Part shown: positions 58,547-64,000 of the stretch, piece after piece
How the letters are laid out: each line of letters starts with the position of its first letter
Numbering within the stretch: position 1 is the stretch's first letter
DNA from: an uncultured Alphaproteobacteria bacterium
GTDB taxonomy: Bacteria; Pseudomonadota; Alphaproteobacteria; M2410
Reading direction: 5' to 3'
Assembly: GCA_965603015.1 (NCBI GenBank)
Contig: CBFDBJ010000008.1
Location: forward strand, 160-64,159
Length of the DNA stretch: 64,000 bases
Notes under the pieces: model-generated
What the model was told of the DNA's origin: nothing
Database searches by the model: none
Seen by the model: the letters and a program-made list of their open reading frames with translations, nothing else
Translations under genes and position numbers: made by a program

Positions 58547-59533
58547 TCAACTCTCCACCCACGCCTTGACCAGTTGATGGGCGATGGCCATGGGCGGCGG
58601 GACCCAGAGGGCGGCGCTTTTGGGGCCGGGGAGGCGGCCGCCTTTTGCGGCGTGTTCGACGGCCTCGGCAAGATCTGCTTTGTCGAACCACCGGGCATCG
58701 GACAGCTCGTTGCCGTCGATGGTGATCTCGGTGGATGAGGCAACCGCATGGCAGCCGATCATCAGCGACGACGGAAAAGGCCAGGGCTGGGTGGTGTGGT
58801 AGGTGACGTCCGAGACGCGCACTGCAGTTTCCTCAAAGACCTCGCGGGCAACGGCTTCCTCGATGGTTTCGCCGGGCTCGACGAACCCTGCAAGGGCTGA
58901 ATACATCTTGTCGGGCCAGCCGGGGCCGCGGCCCAACAGCGCCTTGTCACCGTTTGTGGCCAGCATGATGACCACCGGATCGGTGCGCGGGAAATGTTCG
59001 GCGTTGCAGGAGGGGCAGGCGCGCTTGTATCCGGCTTCGGCGATCTGTGTCGGCTCGCCGCACACGGCGCAGAAGCCGTGCCGGGCGTGCCAGTCGATCA
59101 TGGCCTTGGCCTGGGCCAGGATGGCGGCATCGCCTGAAGGCAGGATGGCCGCTGCGCCGCGCAGTTCGGTAAACTCGCCAAGGCCTTTCAAGGGGCCCTC
59201 GGCTTCCGGTTTGGCGGATTTGTCGATTTCGGCGGCAAAGAACGCCTTGCCGTTCTTGATCCCGAGGAAGATTTCGAGGCCCGTGGTGGCGGCCTCATCA
59301 AGATCGGCGGGGCGCAGCCATCCGGCATCGGGGCCGTCGCCTTCATTGATCTCCGGCAGGATGAGGGGTTTGAGGTCCCACATGGGTACGATCAGGCTGG
59401 TCGGGTCCTTGCGCTTTTCGGCGAGCCATGCGGCATCGGTGCGCTTGTCGCTGGCCCGGTCGAGGGGGTTGTTGGCGAAGGTGTTGATCGCGCGAGCAAG
59501 ATCGTGGGTTTCATGTGTGGTTTTGGTGGCCAT
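58547..59533 (-). CDS. nudC: NAD+ diphosphatase (NUDIX, NudC-like)
   Basis: Zinc ribbon CAVCG...CPSC, followed by the Nudix box GFVEPGETIEEAVAREVFEE. The start is set at 59533. Confidence 0.85.
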   Translation of the reverse strand: MATKTTHETHDLARAINTFANNPLDRASDKRTDAAWLAEKRKDPTSLIVPMWDLKPLILPEINEGDGPDAGWLRPADLDEAATTGLEIFLGIKNGKAFFAAEIDKSAKPEAEGPLKGLGEFTELRGAAAILPSGDAAILAQAKAMIDWHARHGFCAVCGEPTQIAEAGYKRACPSCNAEHFPRTDPVVIMLATNGDKALLGRGPGWPDKMYSALAGFVEPGETIEEAVAREVFEETAVRVSDVTYHTTQPWPFPSSLMIGCHAVASSTEITIDGNELSDARWFDKADLAEAVEHAAKGGRLPGPKSAALWVPPPMAIAHQLVKAWVES

Positions 59534-59656
59534 GGAGGTCCCTCGGGCTGGAATCACTGGTATTTTTGAGGCTCAGTCTATGGACCTCAGAAAGATCCGG
59601 CAATGTCTGTCTTCTGGCTTGCATGTGGGCCCTGTTCATCTGCTATAATGCTCTTG

Positions 59657-59752
59657 GAAGGTTGGCTGCGGACACGCCGCTCGCGAACCCGGTCAGGTCC
59701 GGAAGGAAGCAGCCGCAACGAGATTTTCGTGGGTCGCATGTCCAACCTTCCA
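59657..59752 (+). ncRNA. ffs: signal recognition particle RNA (4.5S, small bacterial type)
   Basis: A long hairpin has ends ggaaggttgg and ccaaccttcc and contains the conserved GGTCAGGTCCGGAAGGAAGCAGCC domain IV motif. TATAAT at 59645-59650 lies about 7 nt upstream. It precedes dnaX, the classic ffs-dnaX synteny. Confidence 0.85.
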
Positions 59753-59790
59753 CTTTAACTAATCCCCGCCAGATTGAGATCAGGGCCTGA

Positions 59791-61665
59791 ATGACCGAGG
59801 ATAGCCAGACGCCATCAAATGCCCCGGGGGAAGAGCCCGGATTTGCTCTTGAAGGCGGCAGCGCCAAGGCGGCCCCGGATGGGGGCTACAAGGTCCTTGC
59901 CCGTAAATACCGCCCCAACAGTTTTACAGATAATTTCATTGGCCATGATGCCATGGTGACGACCCTGGGCAATGCCTTTGAGGCGAACCGCATTGCCCAT
60001 GCCTTCATCCTCACCGGGGTGCGCGGGATCGGCAAGACCACCACGGCGCGGATCCTGGCTCGGGCGCTGAACTACTCGGCCCATGGCAAGGAGGGCGCGC
60101 CCTCGATCCATATGGGCGAGGAGGGCGAGCATTGCCGCGCCATTATCGAGGGGCGTCATATGGACGTCATCGAAATGGATGCGGCGTCACGGACCGGCAT
60201 CGGCGATATTCGCGAGATTATCGAATCGGTGCGCTTCCTGCCCGTCTCGGCGCGCTACAAGGTCTACATCATTGACGAAGTGCACATGCTTTCGACGGCG
60301 GCCTTTAACGGCCTCCTCAAGACACTGGAAGAGCCGCCGGAACATGTGAAGTTTATCTTTGCCACCACCGAAATTCGCAAGGTGCCTGTGACGGTGCTGT
60401 CGCGCTGCCAGCGGTTTGATCTGAAGCGCGTTGACGCGGAAACCCTGGTTGCGTTCCTTGCGAAAATCGCCGGAATGGAAGGCGCTGAAGTTGCAGACGC
60501 CGGCATGCGGCTCATTGCCCGTGCCGCAGAAGGCTCGGTGCGCGACGGTCTGTCGCTGCTGGATCAGGCGATTGCGCTGGGTGCCGGGGCTCCGGTGAGC
60601 GAGGTTCAGGTGCGTGATATGCTCGGTCTGGCAGACCGGGCGCGGATTGTTGATCTCTTTGATACTATCATGCGCGGCGACGTTGTGGCGGCCTTGCAGG
60701 AGCTGCGGGGCCAATATGATGGCGGCGCGGACCCCTCGGTAATCATTTCTGATCTGATTGAGTTTACTCATTGGATGACCCGGCTCAAGGTGGCAACCTC
60801 TGCTGCAGACGATGCAACTGTGTCAGAGGATGAGCGCGAGCGCGGCAAGCAAATGGCGGCGCAGTTGTCGATCCAGGTGCTGAGCCGGACTTGGCAAATG
60901 CTGCTCAAGGGCCTGGAAGAAGTCCGCATGGCACCGGTGCCTGTGACGGCGGCGGAAATGATCCTCATTCGTCTTTGCTATGCTGCCGAACTTCCCGCTC
61001 CGGCTGATCTGGTTCGTCAGTTGGCGGATGGTGCATCAAGCGGCGCGTCTCCGCGGAGCGGCGGCGCTTCTGCTGCGCCTGCAGGTTCCGGGAGTGGCCG
61101 GGCGCCAACGGCCTCTTCAGGCGGCAGCGCGGCGGTGCAAATGCAAACTCAATCGGCACCGCAAGCCCAAACAATGGCGGCGCCACAAGCTCAAACGGCG
61201 GCAGCGCCTCAGGCTTCGAGACCGCAGCTGGCTGCCGTGCCATCCTCCGCGCCGCGCCTGCAGAGTTATGACGACGTTTTGAAACTGGTGACACATCGAC
61301 GCGATATTCAGCTTCAGACAGCGCTGAAAGACAAGGTTCACCTGGTGAATTTTGCTCCGGGCCGCATTGAGCTGCGGCCGACCAACAAGAGCGCTGAGCC
61401 GGTGCTGCGGGATCTTGAGAGAAAATTGCGGGAATGGACCGGAAAACCCTGGGAGGTTGCCCTCTCCTCGCAAGAAGGCGCACCGACGGTCATAGCCCAG
61501 GTTCAGGCGGCAGAGGCCAAACGGCTGGAAGAAGCAAAACTGGACCCGCTGGTTATTGCGGCGATGGAAGCCTTTCCCGGGGCCAGAATTATGTCGGTCA
61601 ATGACCGGGCTGACGATATGAGCGATATTGCTGTGGCGCCTGAAAGCGAAGATGGCGGCGAGTGA
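59791..61665 (+). CDS. dnaX: DNA polymerase III subunit gamma/tau
   Basis: YRP..F....GH, Walker A GVRGIGKTT, DEVHMLS and SRCQRFD motifs, with a Q/A/P-rich linker in the tau C-terminal part. Confidence 0.95.
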   Translation: MTEDSQTPSNAPGEEPGFALEGGSAKAAPDGGYKVLARKYRPNSFTDNFIGHDAMVTTLGNAFEANRIAHAFILTGVRGIGKTTTARILARALNYSAHGKEGAPSIHMGEEGEHCRAIIEGRHMDVIEMDAASRTGIGDIREIIESVRFLPVSARYKVYIIDEVHMLSTAAFNGLLKTLEEPPEHVKFIFATTEIRKVPVTVLSRCQRFDLKRVDAETLVAFLAKIAGMEGAEVADAGMRLIARAAEGSVRDGLSLLDQAIALGAGAPVSEVQVRDMLGLADRARIVDLFDTIMRGDVVAALQELRGQYDGGADPSVIISDLIEFTHWMTRLKVATSAADDATVSEDERERGKQMAAQLSIQVLSRTWQMLLKGLEEVRMAPVPVTAAEMILIRLCYAAELPAPADLVRQLADGASSGASPRSGGASAAPAGSGSGRAPTASSGGSAAVQMQTQSAPQAQTMAAPQAQTAAAPQASRPQLAAVPSSAPRLQSYDDVLKLVTHRRDIQLQTALKDKVHLVNFAPGRIELRPTNKSAEPVLRDLERKLREWTGKPWEVALSSQEGAPTVIAQVQAAEAKRLEEAKLDPLVIAAMEAFPGARIMSVNDRADDMSDIAVAPESEDGGE

Positions 61666-61686
61666 TCGCCAGAAAATGAGTGCACA

Positions 61687-62007
61687 ATGAAAAATATATC
61701 TGACTTGATGAAACAGGCTGGCGAACTGCAATCGAAGATGACCGAGATGCAGAGCGCCATGGATGAGATTGAGATCGAAGGCGTGTCGGGCGGCGGCATG
61801 GTTCGGGTAACGCTGAGCGGCAAGGGCCAGATGCGCGGGCTCAAGATCGATCCGGAAATTGCCCGCGATGATATCGAGATTCTGGAGGATCTGATCGTCG
61901 CGGCTCATAATGATGCCAAGTCAAAGTCCGAGGTTCGCATGCAGGAAGAAATGCAAAAGCTGACCGGCGGTCTGGCGCTCCCGCCTGGCTTCAAGATGCC
62001 GTTTTAG
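61687..62007 (+). CDS. ybaB: YbaB/EbfC nucleoid-associated protein
   Basis: 106-aa ORF ([11 protein letters not shown]......E.EG.SGGGMV.V...G), positioned between dnaX and recR. Confidence 0.9.
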   Translation: MKNISDLMKQAGELQSKMTEMQSAMDEIEIEGVSGGGMVRVTLSGKGQMRGLKIDPEIARDDIEILEDLIVAAHNDAKSKSEVRMQEEMQKLTGGLALPPGFKMPF

Positions 62008-62044
62008 AGAGGGCGAATCTGAAGTACTCAGGATACCCTCACTT

Positions 62045-62211
62045 TGTCGTCCCGGCCGGAGCGCAGCGAAGAGCCGGGACCTCGGGGCACAATCGTGCTT
62101 CTCATGATGAACTGTGTTATTCCTGACATAGTGCCTCCAGATCCCCCTCTTAGGTGTGCTTTGCACACCTTGCCGGGCAGTGGGGTCGCGCTGCGCTTGC
62201 CCGGGATGACA
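62045..62211. repeat. palindromic intergenic repeat, long composite form, copy 7 (inside the ybaB-recR spacer)
   Basis: tgtcgtcccggccggagcgcagcgaagagccgggacctcggggcac ... ggtgtgctttgcacaccttgccgggcag ... gcgctgcgcttgcccgggatgaca. It shares modules with copies 2, 4 and 6. Confidence 0.8.
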
Positions 62212-62269
62212 TGACAAGGGAGGGGTATTAGATGGATATCAGTTCGATGACACCAGAGGAGTTTGGAGT

Positions 62270-62866
62270 TTGAGTTCGGGAACCGAGATTGAGCATCTGA
62301 TCGCCCTGCTGGCAAAATTGCCAGGGCTTGGGCCCCGTTCGGCGCGCCGCGCGGCGCTGCACCTCATCAAGAAGAAAGAGAGTTTGTTGCTGCCGCTTGC
62401 AGACGCCATGGCAGAAGCGGCCGAGAAGGTGATCACCTGTTCGATTTGCGGCAATGTGGATACGGTTGACCCGTGCGCCATTTGTGCGTCACCGCGGCGC
62501 GACAAGAGTATCATCTGCGTGGTTGAGGAAGTCGGCGACCTGTGGGCGCTGGAGCGCTCCGGTGTGATGGGCGGGCTCTATCATGTGCTTGGCGGTACGC
62601 TCTCGGCGCTTGACGGGATCGGCCCCGATGATCTCAATGTTGCCGGTCTGGTGCTGCGCTGCGAAGCACGCCAGGTCAGGGAAGTGATCCTGGCGATGAA
62701 TGCCACGGTCGATGGTCAGACCACGGCGCACTACATTACAGACCGGGTCGAGCATGCGGATGTGAAGGTGACCCGCCTTGCACACGGCGTGCCGGTTGGC
62801 GGCGAGCTTGATTATCTGGATGATGGGACGCTTGCAGCAGCGCTCAAGGCGCGACGGGAGTTTTAA
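62270..62866 (+). CDS. recR: recombination protein RecR
   Basis: LPGLGPRSA HhH motif, a C4 zinc finger (CSICGN...CAIC) and a Toprim domain. Confidence 0.95.
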   Translation: MSSGTEIEHLIALLAKLPGLGPRSARRAALHLIKKKESLLLPLADAMAEAAEKVITCSICGNVDTVDPCAICASPRRDKSIICVVEEVGDLWALERSGVMGGLYHVLGGTLSALDGIGPDDLNVAGLVLRCEARQVREVILAMNATVDGQTTAHYITDRVEHADVKVTRLAHGVPVGGELDYLDDGTLAAALKARREF

Positions 62867-63995
62867 GGCTGATCGTATCGGGAACCACTTCCGGTGTCGT
62901 TGCCTCAAGCTGGACTTCGTCGATTTTCTCGCCGTGGCGCAGGACTTTTTCAGCTGATGTTGTAATATCCCTGAGGTCGCCTTCGGCCTGGCTAAAGTGC
63001 TTCTGGAGATTGCCGACCCGCTTGTGGAGCCGCTCGACATCGCCCATCATCTTTCCGACCTGGATCTGAATGAGATGGGCCTGCTCGCGCATGGCGACGT
63101 CTTTCAGGACGGCGCGAACGGTGTTGAGGGTTGCCATCAGGGTTGTTGGCGAGACAATCCAGACGCGGGCTTTGTAGCTATCCTCGACCAGGTCGACAAA
63201 GTTTGCGTGCAGCTCTGCATAGACGGCTTCGGAGGGCAGAAACATGAGTGCTGACTCGGCGGTCTCACCGGTAATGATGTATTTTTCGGATATGTCCTTG
63301 ATGTGTTTTTTGACCGCCTGTTTGAAATCGCGCCGGGCGAGGGCGAGGGTGCTTTCATCGGCTGCGTCGCGAAGTGCCCTGTAGGACTCCAGGGGAAATT
63401 TGGAATCGACCACGATGGGGCCTGGCGGATTGGGGAGCAGGATGACGCCGTCTGCCCGTTTGCCATTTGAAAGCGTTGACTGGAAGGAATAGGCCGAAGG
63501 CGGAAGGGCATTTCTGAAAATGTCTTCCATCTGGATTTCGCCAAATGCGCCGCGCGCCTGTTTGTTGTCGAGAATATGCTGGAGGCCGACGACCTGACCG
63601 GACAGTTCGGTGATGTTTTTTTGTGCCTCGTCGATAACGCTGAGGCGGTTGGTCAGCTCGCCCAGGGATTTGGCGGTTTTCTCGGCCGATTCAGTCAGGC
63701 TGACATTCATCTTGCCGGAGATGCCGTCAAAGCGCTCTTCAAGCACCTTCATGGTGCGCGCCTGGGCGTTGATATGAGCCTCACTCAAGGTGCTGACCTG
63801 GCCCTTGATCTCGCTTTGGGCGCCGACCAGCTGGGCGATGGTCTGTTCAAGGCTGGCCGCGCGGGCCTCGGCAACCCGGCGGGCTTCATCGGCAAGCCGG
63901 GTGTCCCTCTGGCGTCCGCGGATGAGCAGAAGAAGCATCCCTCCGAGGAGTGCAAAAAGGCCCAGAACGCCTGCTGCGATTATGATTTGTGTCAA
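62844..63995 (-). CDS. rmuC: DNA recombination protein RmuC
   Basis: 383-aa ORF with an N-terminal TM helix, a long coiled coil and a C-terminal RmuC nuclease-like domain (VVDSKFPLE..., MFLPSEA). Its 3' end overlaps the recR 3' end by 23 nt. Confidence 0.85.
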   Translation of the reverse strand: MTQIIIAAGVLGLFALLGGMLLLLIRGRQRDTRLADEARRVAEARAASLEQTIAQLVGAQSEIKGQVSTLSEAHINAQARTMKVLEERFDGISGKMNVSLTESAEKTAKSLGELTNRLSVIDEAQKNITELSGQVVGLQHILDNKQARGAFGEIQMEDIFRNALPPSAYSFQSTLSNGKRADGVILLPNPPGPIVVDSKFPLESYRALRDAADESTLALARRDFKQAVKKHIKDISEKYIITGETAESALMFLPSEAVYAELHANFVDLVEDSYKARVWIVSPTTLMATLNTVRAVLKDVAMREQAHLIQIQVGKMMGDVERLHKRVGNLQKHFSQAEGDLRDITTSAEKVLRHGEKIDEVQLEATTPEVVPDTISLKTPVAP

Positions 63996-64000
63996 AGCCA

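Noticed and set aside
59791-61665. A programmed -1 frameshift site in dnaX (E. coli-type A AAA AAG)
   Set aside because: I found no AAAAAAG heptamer or similar slippery run in the gene by reading. Gamma, if made, must arise another way.
1-64000. Defence systems, toxin-antitoxin pairs, transposases, integrases and CRISPR-Cas
   Set aside because: No ORF shows motifs of these classes. Nuclease-like candidates (DUF2161, RmuC, RecR) are standalone conserved genes in housekeeping contexts.

Overview
This 64-kb window looks like ordinary chromosome from an alphaproteobacterium-type genome, judged by gene content and synteny. Most genes appear by eye to be about 58-63% GC, with a few lower-GC pockets. 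About 60 protein genes can be supported. Housekeeping blocks are rpmI-rplT-pheS-pheT, lepA, tRNA-Ser(GGA), uppP, kdsB, pheA, nudC, SRP RNA (ffs)-dnaX-ybaB-recR and rmuC. There are many CoA and redox metabolism genes: a DUF35/thiolase pair, a FadB/FadJ-like enzyme, an enoyl-CoA hydratase, an OYE reductase, a GMC oxidoreductase, a nitrilase, a TauD-like dioxygenase and SorAB-like sulfite dehydrogenase. A complete Caulobacter-type Flp/Tad pilus locus runs from flp through cpaA-F and tadB/C, plus a TadD-like TPR gene; the 52-aa flp pilin is missing from the ORF track. I saw no transposase, integrase, prophage, CRISPR array or recognisable defence or toxin-antitoxin genes, and no clearly novel system can be asserted from sequence alone. 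Six things are most worth a second look. (1) Seven copies of a modular palindromic intergenic repeat family (TGTCAT...ATGACA), five of them just upstream of start codons. (2) A same-strand cluster of two tandem Aur1/PAP2_3-like membrane phosphotransferase paralogs, a radical-SAM enzyme, a DUF35/thiolase pair, a dehydrogenase and two alpha/beta hydrolases, which could be an uncharacterised lipid-modification module. (3) A secreted EF-hand protein carrying seven tandem 39-bp His/Asp/Arg-rich coding repeats. (4) A roughly 20% GC control region with a perfect TTAA-N7-TTAA box upstream of flp. (5) A low-GC islet encoding an orphan membrane protein. (6) Lower-GC signalling genes: a standalone HD-GYP protein and a soluble double-PAS MCP. 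All family assignments come from motif recognition by eye and no searches were run.
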